A DNA stretch of 64,000 nucleotides, from assembly GCA_951406725.2 (NCBI GenBank), contig OX597832.1, positions 36,146,001 to 36,210,000 of the forward strand, given 5' to 3'. Below are positions 1 through 11,756 of the stretch, in pieces. Origin of the DNA: Octopus vulgaris (lineage: Eukaryota). A program made the position numbers and the translations under genes. Under the pieces are notes generated by a model. It was not told the DNA's origin. It made no database searches and saw only the letters and a program-made list of their open reading frames with translations. Every line of letters starts with the position of its first letter. The first letter of the stretch is position 1.

Positions 1-499
1 TTCACACAGTAAATACTTTCAGAGAATATATACCCTATTAGTATATCACAAAACAGATTGTTGATGTACAAAGCAGCAATTGTATATAATACAGCCGTTT
101 TACTAAAGCTGAGGGTTAGATAGAGCATAATTAGATAGTTACTTAAATATTATCAAACTTTTAACATTCCCTCCTCGGTACAAGAATTCATGAAGCAGGC
201 ACTTAACTCTCGATTCAAAAGTATTCAATGAATAAGAGAAAAGATCTTTTCCCCATTCTTGATAGGACATCACCGTGCAGTAGATAAAAATGTTGGATCT
301 GCTAAATAATTCTTCACAGCTAGAAAAAGTGGAATATGAGGAATTGTAAGTAATGGCATGATTGTGTAATGAATGTGATACCATGTGATATCTTTGCATC
401 ACATGGTATCATATTTGATACAATTGGGTCGCACTTTGAGTTGACCCTGCAAGCTAAATTTGGTAGATGAAATCAATGTGGTTCTACTGTGTGTTGTGT

Positions 500-1219
500 C
501 CACCTCCACCTTTGAAAGATTCAAATTTGCACATGGCACTACGACCCATTTCCTCTCAATTTCTAAGCACAAGGACAACAGATCATACAATAAGTACAAC
601 AAGATTATTAGTGACTTAATTGATGAATTTGAATGCCGTTTTGGTAACATCAAGGATTTTTTTCCCTTGATGAAAATATTTTCAGCACCTATGGAGATAG
701 ATCTGGACACTGTTCCTGACATATTTCATATAGAGCTCCTGGAACATCTAACAACCATTCTCATCCCACCTCTTATTGCAGCTTCTCTTGGAAATAAAAA
801 TTGACATCTGCAATTAAGGGTAATCTACTACTTGACTTTTGGAGTCAAATCCCAGAAAGGAAATGTCCTTAGTTACAGAAAGATTCCCCTATATTTGATT
901 CAACATATTTGTGTGAAGCACTTTTAAGCAAACTGAGGATATCAAAACAAAATATTATGACCGATTGACTATCATGCCAACCATTCTCTCGTATACTGCA
1001 TCTTTCACCATGAGCCCTTGTTTTGACAAACTAGTTGAAAGTCAAAAGTAAAACAGTATCTCATTAAATTCCATTTTTCTATTTTTTTGTTACAGTCTTT
1101 CCTCTCTTAATATAATTTTTTCTTTAATTGACTTATATTTTACTTATTTTGGTGCAACCCACTAAAAAAAGTCCAGGCTTTGGATCTGGCCCCGATATTA
1201 AAAAGGTTGAGAAGCACTG
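500..1219 (+). mobile_element. hAT (Charlie/Buster-type) transposase 3' remnant with right TIR
   Basis: Translation HF..KY..II.DL.DEF..RF...IFSAP..D....P..F.IELLE, then LLDFWSQIP and STYLCEALLSKL/IKTKY.DRLT (hAT dimerisation motif). Ends aggttgagaagcactg (1204-1219), a CAGTG-type TIR. Confidence 0.85.
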
Positions 1220-1657
1220 GTCTCGTCTTTTTCAGTTCCACAAAAAATGCAATGCCCACCACATATCAAGAAAATCCTTTCCTACCAATTGGAAACTAAA
1301 TCCATAAAAATCATTTTATCTCATGATCTTTCATTATAACTTCATATAAAGAAAACATTGTGAAACTACATCCAGAGAAGCAATTAATCAGATTTCCAAA
1401 ACCTTCCTACAAAACAACTTATTGTTTATTGGTCAGTTATTAGTTTACAGAAGTAAACTAAGCATTACCCATGTCAACTGCATCGGTCTGGGAGGGTTTT
1501 TACAAACCATAGGCACTGCCCTTTCTCCTTCCTTATCTTATTGCATATCTCATCAATGCAATATTGAAGTGAATATATCCCTGGTTGATGCCCTCTCTAT
1601 TATAATCCATCTATACATTATAAACATATATAAATAATTATACATACTATAATTTGA

Positions 1658-1919
1658 CAGTGGAGGCACATGGCCTAGTGGTTAGAGCAGTGGACTCACG
1701 GTCGAGGGATTGTGGGTTCGAATCTCAGACCGGACGATGTGTGTGTTTATGAGAGAAACACCTAAGCTCCATGTGGCTCTGGCAGAAGGTAATGGCAAAT
1801 TCTTTCACCACTCTTTCCTCCTGCATCTTGCAGCTCACCTGTGACAGACCGGCGTCCCTATATGCCAAGGAAACTGGGAAACCAGCCCTTATGAGCCAGG
1901 CATGGCTCAGGAAGGAATA
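1658..1919 (+). mobile_element. tRNA-derived SINE with 12-bp target-site duplication
   Basis: A box tggcctagtgg, B box ggttcgaatc; TSD actataatttga at 1646-1657 and 1920-1931. Confidence 0.85.
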
Positions 1920-2366
1920 ACTATAATTTGATAAGGTATGTAAATTATTTATAACGAGACACAGACTAAAAAACTTACAAATAAACTTTTAACAGGATAA
2001 CATCTAACAACCATTCTCATCCCACCTCTTATTGCGGCTTCTCTTGGAAATCAAAATTTACACTAATTTCTCATTTATATTGATGAAATCTCCAACAAAT
2101 CTACTGTGTTTCTCACCAATCTCATAACAACTTCTATTACATTTTATTCATCAAATCTATTGCTGGCAGTTTCGAAACTATTTGTTTTGCCATTAATTAA
2201 TTATGTCTGGAGGATTATTAAACATTAAACAAAGTGATCAGCAATTAAAGTGGAAAGGTGGGTATTTTAATTATAAATTTTCCAAATTTTCATCTGTCTT
2301 TAGAAATATTTGTTTCAGCTAATTTCTCTCATTTCTTAATTAAAATATAATACAAAGGATGCATGG

Positions 2367-2410
<44 letters not shown>

Positions 2411-2411
<1 letters not shown>

Positions 2412-2745
2412 ATATTTGATTAATGAGTGAGACAGAATATGGAGGATACTAGAGTCTTTATTGATCACTACAATTGTTTCAACCCATCTAGCATCGATCC
2501 CTTGTGGGTGGGATTCTGAACATTTGGTTTAGATGCATACTTCAGTACACCTGTGTCTCCTCAGGTGATTTCAATAGGTATCTTGTTAAAATAAACTCTG
2601 CTTCACAAGATTTCTTCTTGATCTTTGTGGCAAATTAAGGTGTTCAGCTTCATTCTTTTAGAAGGTCCGTAACAAATATTGGATACAAAAAGAAACAAAC
2701 ACCCAATACAGCAAAGAAAGTATTAGATGTAACTTTTAGTAGATA
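2411..2745 (-). mobile_element. Penelope-like terminal repeat fragment
   Basis: Homologous to the arms of the 12236-14110 element (atcactacaa..tttcaacccatcta.catcgat..gggtgggat); carries a hammerhead motif. Confidence 0.6.
2461..2574 (-). ncRNA. Type I hammerhead ribozyme with 77-nt helix II domain
   Basis: Minus strand: atcac-CTGAGGA-[77 nt]-GAAA-caattg-TA-gtgat. Perfect 5-bp stem I, intact CUGANGA/GAAA/GUA core, palindromic minimal stem III. Confidence 0.7.
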
Positions 2746-3140
2746 TAGATGTACACACGCCCACACATACATGGTCTGGTGCATGGACACACACACACAC
2801 ACACACACACAAACATCCATGCATATCATATTTATTCATGCATATCATATAATTCAATTTATTCACTTTTGTATAGTGGACAGAAGTTGATGGAAATTAT
2901 AAATTTTTCAAATTACCTTAAATATTTCAAAATGAAGGTAGGGAAATACAAGAAAAGTCAGTATCATTTATATTTAATAACACTACTACATTTGCAGCCC
3001 TGTGCTGTCTTTTCAACACACAATTCATGTCAGTAAAGCCATCGGTTTGAGGGAAAATAATAATTCAGGTGTACAGTTTAGAGGAAAAGGTGAAGTTAAA
3101 AGAAAGAGGAATGAATGAAAACAGAAGGTTTTGTGCAGTT

Positions 3141-3268
3141 TATAATAGCCAAACCATATAACAACCAAACCATATAACAACCAAACCATATAACAGCCAA
3201 ACCATATAACAACCAAACCATATAATAGCGAAACCATATAATAGCCAAACCATATAACAACCAAACCA
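3141..3268. repeat. 16-bp minisatellite (ccaaaccatataacaa), about 8 copies
   Basis: Direct tandem units visible. Confidence 0.95.
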
Positions 3269-3369
3269 TTACGGGGAGTAAACAAACCAGCATCAATTAT
3301 CAAGTGATGGTAGTGGGGGACAAACAGATATGTGCAGATATATATGCTTACACACATACATCCATATAT

Positions 3370-3532
3370 GAAGGGCTTCTACACAGTTTCCATCTATCAA
3401 TTTCACTCACAAGGCATTGGTCAACCTAGGTTTACATAAAAAAGCATATCCAAAAGGTTGTGCAGTGGTATTGAACATGAAATCATGTGGTTGCCAATAG
3501 AGTATCATAACCACGCAACCACGCCTGCACCT
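3370..3532 (-). mobile_element. Fragment of the major tRNA-derived SINE (family A)
   Basis: Reverse complement of the ggctgtgtggt..accacatg..gccttgtgagtg..gatggaaactg consensus seen at 38608 and 40283. Confidence 0.75.
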
Positions 3533-6212
3533 ACGAGTGAAACGTTTTTTTATGAATCTGAAATTAATTTCTATGTTAGGAAATGAAGATAGAGAAATTC
3601 AAGTAAAGACAATATTATTTTTATGAATTTAAAACGAAATTTTTTTGATTAATGCTCACGTTTTCACATACCTGCCTCTTTAGTGCAGTCTTACAGTTCA
3701 AATAAAATTACAGGTATGCTGCTTAGAAAAAAACCAAAAGAGAATTTAGAAGACAAAATTGCTGAAAATGTCTAAAGGTTATAAGCATTTCAAAGCAGCA
3801 TGTACAATCAATAGATATATATATATATATATATATATGCATATAAATATATATATATATATATATGATTTGCTAGATGTATAATATATACTGGAAATGT
3901 TTTTATTTCATTATATTTTCTTTTTCCAATCTGCACTTTGCAACATATACAGTAATTTGATAAAAGGAAAAGAAAAAGAAAATTAGATTTTCATTCCGTT
4001 CTCTCTTCTCTGCAACACATAAGAACAAACCGGAATATATTCGAGATTAAATGAATCTCCAGCTCACTCTGAAGAATGTTGTCTTTTGTATGATGACATC
4101 ATAACATCTTCATTTTCAGATCCTGGTCAGAATTTTACTCAAGGGCAAACTGATGAATGCCAAGAGAACATTCAAAATTATGGCAACTTTATTGAGAATT
4201 GAAAATAATTCATTGTAAAATTTTTTCATGAGTAAAAGTGTTTAACAAAATCAGAAATTATTTATTACTCAGCCCTGTAACAATCATTTTTTGTATTTTT
4301 ACAATGATTTCTATTTAATGCACAAGGCCAGACATTTTGGAGGACTGAATCAACACCTGTATAGGGGTAGTGTTCATAACATTGACCAGGGATGCATGAA
4401 AGACGAAGCAAACCTCAGCAGTATTTGAACAAATCTATATGCATGGATCTTACTAGATGTCACAAGCTATTTTTCTGCTGCTCTTCCGGTTCTACCATCC
4501 ATTGTCCTCACCATATTTATAATCGGTTGACTTTAAGAATCACATAAATGGGAATAATGCTTCATTTAAATATGACCCAGGATTTATAGAAAGGTGGGTG
4601 ATGGAGGTGATGGAGGCTATAAATGATCAAAACTATTAAAAATGTGTTGCCGGAACGACTTCAAGGTTGGCGGCCTCTATTTATTTAGTAGTGAGATGAG
4701 ACAGATTTAGTGACGAGCTAAACATTCATTAAAATATGTGTCAAGATCATGTTAGCGATAGCTTGACTCCCAATTGGAAATTTTATATCTGCATCAAAAT
4801 TCCATTACAACAGCTTCAAAGCTTGATCACTGCAGCAACAAATGCACATCAATAATGCATTAAGAGAGGACAACGAAAGCAAGAACAACAATAATGACAA
4901 CAACAACCGTAACCGAAGCACAATTCAATATAATATTCACAAAGGAAAGTATTGAGAGTGAGCTGTGAGTTTGGTGAGAAATAATTTTCTTTGAAAATTC
5001 AATTAGAATCTAATTCTTGTTTTTTATTTTCTCCTTTTCCTTCTGTGAGGAATGTAATTTGGTAAAACTTTGAAATACATATGTTAATTTCTAATGAGGA
5101 ATTAATGCTGGTGTATCATTAAATATCAAAGACATCAGACAATTTTATATGTATATAAATGAAACAAAATTATTTATAGCAGGTCAAAGCAGACTGGAAT
5201 CGGCACCGATCAGATATTCAGAGCTTCTACAGCTTTTTCCCAACCCTCGATGTTTTACAATTGATTTCTTTTATTTCCAAACGTTTTAACTCTGCTGGAA
5301 AAAATGAACACAGAGAATGAGTCGAATATAATCACAGATTGTTTTACCAAAGTTTTGCAATGTCTACAATAGGTTTGTTTAGTTGTTGTTTGTTATTGTC
5401 AGCTCTAATTAAGCTGATCTATAGCACTTTGTCAATTAAACTAATCAGGGTGATCTAGAGATCTGTCACTCCAGATATACCCTGTCGATGTTGAGTTGAA
5501 AACTACTGTATACACTCTAACTAATACAATGTTGTGTGTGTCTTCTATGCATACATACACACATGTACACGCACACACACACACACAATCACAATCACAC
5601 ATACTCACAAACACACTCTCAAATACACACTCATAAGACAAAAAGACTAAGATATATGAACAACCTCTGAAATATCTGCTAGACACACAGGGGATGTAGT
5701 CCTAGCAAACCTTAAGAGTTGGGAACCGAAGGACAACAACCAAGGACACCTTTCCCACTTTTGATATACAGGAACATATTAGTCATTGGGAACAACTGCT
5801 ATGAATCTCTACTACAATGGTGGAGACCATACTGTGCAATGGAGTGTGACATATGGGACTCTATTTGATATATTTGACACCACTGATCTGTGAACCCCAA
5901 TTTGACAATTAAGACTTCTTCACTAGCAAGGATTTGGGGTTAAACAGCAACATCTGTCCTAAGATAAGCCAATGTATTTCGTTGATACAGTTATTCCTCT
6001 CACTTACAATATATTCTTCATCTGAATGTACAGGGATAATCTTTCATCGTCTCAGAATTAAATGAAGGCATGCAATGCAGACTAATTCAAAGAACCAGTC
6101 TTCAGTAAAATGACAATTTAGTCAAGTTTTGGGGCAAGGGTTGAAAGAAATATTTCTAACTTTACAATATATAGGATTATTGTCAACTGTATATATATAT
6201 ATATATATATAT

Positions 6213-6895
6213 ATCATCATCATCATCATCATCATCATCATCGTCGTCGTCGTCGTTGTCGTTTAACAACTGCTTCCCATGCTGGTATGGGTTGGACAGT
6301 TTGCTTGGGAGGCTGCACCAGGCTCCAATCTGATTTGGTAAGGCTTTTGCAGCTGGATGCTCTTCCTAACGCCAACAACTCCAAGGGTATAGTGGGTGCT
6401 TTTTACATGCCACCAGCACAGGAGCACATCAGGCAGCACTGGCATCAGCCATGCTCAAATGGTGCTTTTTATGAGCCACTGGCACAGGTGCCAGTCAGGC
6501 GGCACTGGCATCAGCCATGCTCAAATGGTGCTTTTTATGAGCCACCGGCACAGGTGCCAGTCAGGCGGCACTGGCATCAGCCATGCTCAAATGGTGCTTT
6601 TTATGAGCCACCGGCACAGGTGCCAGTCAGGCGGCACTGGCATCAGCCATGCTCAAATGGTGCTTTTTATGAGCCACCGGCACAGGTGCCAGTCAGGCGG
6701 CACTGGCATCAACCATGCTCAAATGGTGCTTTTTATGAGCCACCGGCACAGGTGCCAGTCAGGCGGCACTGGCATCAGCCATGACTATGATTTCACTCAA
6801 TTCAATGAGTCTTCACAAGCACAGCATATCACCCAACAATTGAAAAGTGCTTTTAAATGAGCCAGTTATGCGACACTGGCATCGGCCACAACTAT
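6213..6895 (-). mobile_element. (ATG)n-tailed SINE-like retroposon (family C) with internal tandem array
   Basis: (cat)n-tttaac..ccatgctggtatgggttggac..ctggatgc.cttcctaacgccaac; shared with 40737-41250 and 53543-53800. Confidence 0.8.
6396..6783. repeat. 66-bp tandem repeat, about 6 near-identical copies
   Basis: Unit gccaccggcacaggtgccagtcaggcggcactggcatcagccatgctcaaatggtgctttttatga; gives the 22-aa periodic ORFs. Confidence 0.97.
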
Positions 6896-7089
6896 GATAT
6901 ATATACATACATGCATACATACATATACAAATATACATACATACATATATATACATATATATGCTAGACCACTGGTGTTAAAATTGATGTTATCAAATTA
7001 ATATCCAACTTTTCACCCTCATTTTAATTTTAATTTTAAATTAATATGTTCTGCAGTGAATTATTTTATGCAGTATTATTTCCGGTATT

Positions 7090-7631
7090 TTCTGATGTTG
7101 TGCATATGGTGGGACTGGGAAGGGATTATCCATTACGAATTGCTTGAACAGAACGAAACGGTCAACGCAGAACTCTATGTTCAACAGGAGGAATGACTTA
7201 ACACGGCTATTCAAGAGAAAAGACCTAATCGGCAGCATGGAGTTCTTCTGCTGCACGACAACGCCCACCCTCATATCGCCAATATGACCAAGGAAGCCAT
7301 TCAAACTCATGGCTGGGAAGTGCTACAAACACCTGCCATACTCTCCTGATTTGGCACCAATGGATTTCCACCTCTTTCGATCTCTTTCAAATGCTATGTG
7401 TGGAGTTTCGTTCAATACTGATCCAGAATTGAGAGCTTGGTTGGAGCAATTTTTCAAGTTAAAATCGGGTGATTTCTACCAATGAGCTATTGAAAACCTT
7501 GTTGAACATTGGGAAGAAGTTACAAACAACAAGGGTGAATACATTATTGATTAATTAGTTGATATTTTTTATTAAACCTTTTAAAAATTAAAATTTTAAA
7601 AAACGTTGGGAACTTAGTTGCCAACCCAGTA
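7090..7631 (+). mobile_element. mariner (DD34D) transposase 3' remnant with TIR
   Basis: WWDWKGIIHYELL..LLLHDNAHPH..YSPDLAPMDFHLFRSL; ends gggaacttagttgccaacccagta. Confidence 0.92.
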
Positions 7632-8930
7632 GAATATTTAATAACAGATTAACCCAAAGAGTATTTTATTTTCAGATCCCAGAGCAAGTTATGCAATATT
7701 TTTTTTTCGTTTTTTTTTTTTTGTCATCAACCAAATGAGTCACATAACATAGTTCATAATGTCAGCACTTGAAGAATTTGTTTCTCTGTTATGTTTTGGG
7801 GGAAAGATAGCTTTGTGAGGTACATTCTTTATTTAATTATGGATGGATATGAACTCAAGATTCCAAACTAACAAAGCACTCGTAAATTACATTATTATCC
7901 CTCTGATGATGAGTTGTAGATTCCTATGGTACATATTTACAACTAAATTAACTGAGTACAAAATATCCTAAGCTACAGCTTAGTCAAAACTTGTCAAAGC
8001 TCTATGTATGGCTCTGTGAAACCAAACAGTAAAAAAGAAATCTTTATCACAGGCAAAGTCTGTCATTTCTGATATTGGAGTCACACAACTCATGCTGCTA
8101 CGTTTCATGGTGCCATGCTTGGCATAACCCAAAGTTCATTTCACTGAATCCTAATATAATGTACCCTGTTTACATTGCATTATATATTCTACCCACATCA
8201 TGCGTTCAATATGCACCACACATCACATGTCTTCCCTACCTAAATAAACTCTATCCTAGATAAAGAAATAACATTAGTTTTATTACCTCTTTATTTACAG
8301 ATCGCTGAGGTCTATTACTATTGAGAGCTAAAAGCTTTCTTCCAGAAAATTCAGCATCAAAATTTACCATTTATTAAATTTAAACATTGTTTTCTCTTGT
8401 GTGATGGATGTTTTGAACTATTATTTCAAACTGTCCCACTGTTTAAAGCATTAAAAATCTTATGGCTTAATATCACAAATTGTTCACCAGGAAAAGGCAA
8501 TTACTTTAATGTTGCACAGTTTTGATTGGATTGGCGTGGATGGAAGGAGAGTATGAGGTGAAGATTGGCAGATACAAAAACAATGCTAGCATTTTTAAAA
8601 TGCTAAATATATGTTTGATGAGTAAAAGTATTAAAATCAAAGAACATCTGCAACTCCTCCTCCTTCTCGCTGCATTCCACCCCACCACCACCACCACCAT
8701 CACCGTGAAAAGAGAAAAAGTTACAAAAATTTAATGAATTTTACAAAAAATTAAATTAAGAAAAGTAAAAGGAAAAGAGTAATAATATTGAAATGCAGAA
8801 AGCTTTCCATTCAATCATTGTTATTCCAGTCAATACAAGATTGTTTCTTTACCGATTCTTCTTGTTTAAACATCTCAACATCGCCTCAAGAAATATGGGA
8901 GAAATATCCTAATAGCAAAACCATGATTGA

Positions 8931-8971
<41 letters not shown>

Positions 8972-9230
8972 GAAGAAGAAGAAGAAGAAGAAGAAGAACT
9001 GGTGGTGGTGGTAGTAGCAGCAGTAGTAGTAGTTGTAGTAGTAGTAGATAACAATAATGATATGAATATGAACAACAATGACAATAACATTAATAGAAGT
9101 AATTAAGGAATAGCATTTAATAGAATCAGTTAAAGAAATAGGAAACATAAGGAATTGTACTTCAATTGTAATGAGTCTCATAAATAAAGAAGTGGCCAGA
9201 AGAGGAGGAGGAGGATGAGGAGGATGAGGA
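8931..9230. repeat. Compound trinucleotide microsatellite (AAT/AGA/GGT/AGT/GGA)
   Basis: Directly visible. Confidence 0.9.
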
Positions 9231-9379
9231 CTGAAAGAATTCTCAAGGAGGAAAGAATAGGCAATAAAAATATGTATTGTGGTTTTGGTTGTATTTAAGT
9301 GACCTCCCTTGCGATTTGTGATGGAATAATATGAAAATGTCACGGAACTACAAAGGGTACATTTTGGCATTTTGTGTCA

Positions 9380-11100
9380 CAAAGACATGTCTCAGCACCA
9401 AACAAGTGATAAGCCTTATGACATGATGATGCATTGGCAGGAATGACAGGTCTGTGTGACATTGATGTGTCAGCAAACGTCTCTACAAATCATATGTATA
9501 TTTAACATGACACCAAGTCACCAGTGGGAATACGGTATCACACTAATGTATAAACAACATCACCAATAATACTAGAGTGTAACAAGTGAGTCACCAGCAG
9601 CGACTAGCAATAAGTACAGTATGACATGAATGTGTTACCAGCAAGAATGCAGCATGGCAACAGTGAGTCACCAACAGTCACCAGTGACAATATGGCACAA
9701 ATGTGTCAAAAATAGTCATCAGTGATTTTACAATGTGATATCAATGTGTTACAAATGTTCACAGTAACAGTACAGTGTAACATCCTGGTGTCAACAACAG
9801 TCACCAGTAGCTGTAGCTTGGTGACATCATTGTCTGACCAACAGTCACAAGTGATAGTGTACCGTGATTTCAGTATGTGACCAACAGTCACCAATGCCAG
9901 TATACTGTAACATCAATGTGTGATCAGTAGTTGCCAATGAGAGTACAGTACAACTAGTATGGTAACAATACATCACCAACAGTCCCAAGTCAAGTGTTGT
10001 ATAAGAAGAACTTGTCCTCTCCAATCACCAATAACAATTAATGCGACATTAGTTTGTCTGCAGCAGTCACTAGTGAAAGTATGGTGTAACATCAATGTGT
10101 TGCCAACAGTCACCAGTGCCAATATATCTGTGACATCATTGCATCAGCAACAATTACCAATAGCAGTACTGACTGACAACAATGCTTCACCAGCAGTCAC
10201 CAGTGAACACACAATGTGATACCAATGTTTCTAACAGTCACCAGTGCCAGTACAGAATGATATTAGTGTGTCACTAACACGTCACTATACAGCAAAGTAT
10301 GACATCATTTTGTCACTAGTAGTTACCAGTGACCATACTGTTAGACATTAATGTGTAACCAACAGTTAATACTGGGAGCACAGTGTGACATCGTGTGCAA
10401 CCAACTGTCACTAGTAGCAGTACAGCCTCATATTAATGTGTCATGAGCAGTAACCCGTGCCAGTACAGTGTGACATCTATGTGTTCCCAAGAGTCACTGC
10501 TGGGAGAACAATGTTACATCAATTTGCAGCCAAATGTTGCCAATGCTAGGATATTGTGACATCAATTTGTCACTAACAGTCACCAGTAACAGTATAGTGT
10601 GACATTAGTGTATCAACAACAGTCACTGGTTACTGTAGAGCCCGATATACATATGTTACCAACTGTGACAGCACAATGTCACATTAACAGGTCTCTGATG
10701 GCACAGTATGGCATGAATGTATCACCAATTAGAGTATAGTATGACCTAAACATGGAAATGAGAGTACTTTATGAAATCAAAGGGTCACCAGTGACACTGG
10801 AGTATGCTGTCAATGTGTTACCAACATACATGTGTGACAATACTATGCAACATGTGTACATTAACAAGTCAGAACTCTGTTCACCACTGTGTTATGGACA
10901 GGCATTAATGAGAGAACAGTATGATATAAGAGACTCACCAATGTTGACCAGTAACAAAAGTGTAACATCAATATGTCACAAACAATGTGTTACAGACAGC
11001 GACCAGTGACAGTACAGTAGACACTGATGTATCACCAACAATCGCCAATGAGAGCAGTGTGATGTCAATGTGTGACTGTCACCAATGAGAGTAGTGTATC
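9380..11100. repeat. Highly diverged ~43-bp minisatellite, about 40 units
   Basis: Consensus approximately ccaacagtcaccagtgacagtacagtgtgacatcaatgtgtca; anchors at 9794, 9838 and 9881 give a 43-44 bp period. Confidence 0.9.
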
Positions 11101-11756
11101 AATTTGACAAGTAATTAGGTTGATAGATAAATAGACAGACAGACAGATAGATAGATAAACAAACAGACGGACGGACAGACAGACAGATGGATAGATTGAG
11201 ATCAATACTGTGAAGGCAACAGCATTAGGTAAACAGATAGATTGACACAAAGGAGATAAAGATGGGTAGACAATTAGATTGTTCGAAATATTGGCAAATA
11301 TATATATATATATATATATATATTTTGAATTATATGGATAAATTAATAGACAGAGTGAAAGATGAGAGAGAGCAGGACATGTAGATTGAAATACAAATAG
11401 ACAGAAAATGAGGAAGAGAGTGAAATAGAGAAAGAAGAAAGTGAGGAAAGAAAGATAATCTGGTTATTCTCTTAAGTAGTCAGATGAGTCTCAATGCAGG
11501 AGGATTAAGGAAAATTTATCTATATGTAAAATATGTATGAGATCAAAAGAAAGATAGATTGATTGATTGAATGATTGATTTATGCAGAAAGAGAAAGTAA
11601 AAGACAGAGGGAGAAAGGTAGGGAGATGCAGAGATTTATATACTGAAGGAGATGAGAGACAGCAAATACAGCAACAACATCAACAACAGTAAATGTGATT
11701 ATATGACAATGATGGAATAATCTCTTGTATATGATAATTTTATTGATCTTGTATGC

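Larger units (their letters stand above)
1..4202 (+). pseudogene. Decayed multi-exon LRR-transmembrane receptor (no TIR seen), locus L1
   Basis: LRR-like readings: IPSSVQE (~165), IKMLDLLNN (284-310) followed by donor gtaagt at 346, DLS/YNFI (~1325), FLQNNLL (1404). LRRCT-like SNN(P)F..YCGFSW...LLCFSP (1996-2120), then hydrophobic LLLAVSKLFVLPLINYVWR and donor at 2258. Many stops and frameshifts. Confidence 0.55.
2877..4202 (+). other. Three candidate 3' exons of locus L1 (2877-2937, 3684-3713, 4024-4202)
   Basis: Splice contexts ttttgtatag|..AAG|gtaggg and cctctttag|30 nt|gtatgc, and a pyrimidine tract + taag| before a 58-codon open frame QTGIYSRLNE..LLYDDI..NYGNFIEN* (TGA 4200-4202). Confidence 0.5.
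5360..8935 (+). pseudogene. Decayed LRR (TLR-like) ectodomain, locus L2
   Basis: Signal-like MSTIGLFSCCLLLSALI (ATG 5360), C..PCRC N-cap, DLGLNSNI, LHLNVQG, EPVFSKMT, QNLSKLYV, SLSFLILESHN, LPYLNKLY..RNNISFI (~8230-8285), ALKILWLNITN (~8450). Interrupted by a SINE, a mariner and microsatellites. Confidence 0.6.

Noticed and set aside
1661-1735. Genuine tRNA genes at SINE heads (also 11760, 18355)
   Set aside because: Followed by SINE body or TSD; no clean cloverleaf or Pol III terminator.
2919-2921. In-frame TAA rescued by A-to-I editing
   Set aside because: The upstream gene has many other stops and frameshifts, and an alternative frame is open; ordinary decay is simpler.
5227-5295. Minus-strand terminal exon (strong acceptor, ELKRLEIKEINCKTSRVGKKL*)
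   Set aside because: No partner exons or recognisable domain found.
6287-6860. 165-aa and 154-aa repetitive ORFs as real proteins
   Set aside because: By-products of a 66-bp array inside a retroposon; open in several frames.
7900-7915. CTGATGA as a hammerhead core
   Set aside because: No downstream GAAA or helices.
10379-10385. V(D)J RSS heptamer CACAGTG in the 43-bp array
   Set aside because: Most units read TACAGTG and no nonamer is seen at 12/23 spacing.
6396-11100. CRISPR-like arrays (66-bp and 43-bp repeats)
   Set aside because: No repeat-plus-unique-spacer structure, eukaryotic context, no cas genes.
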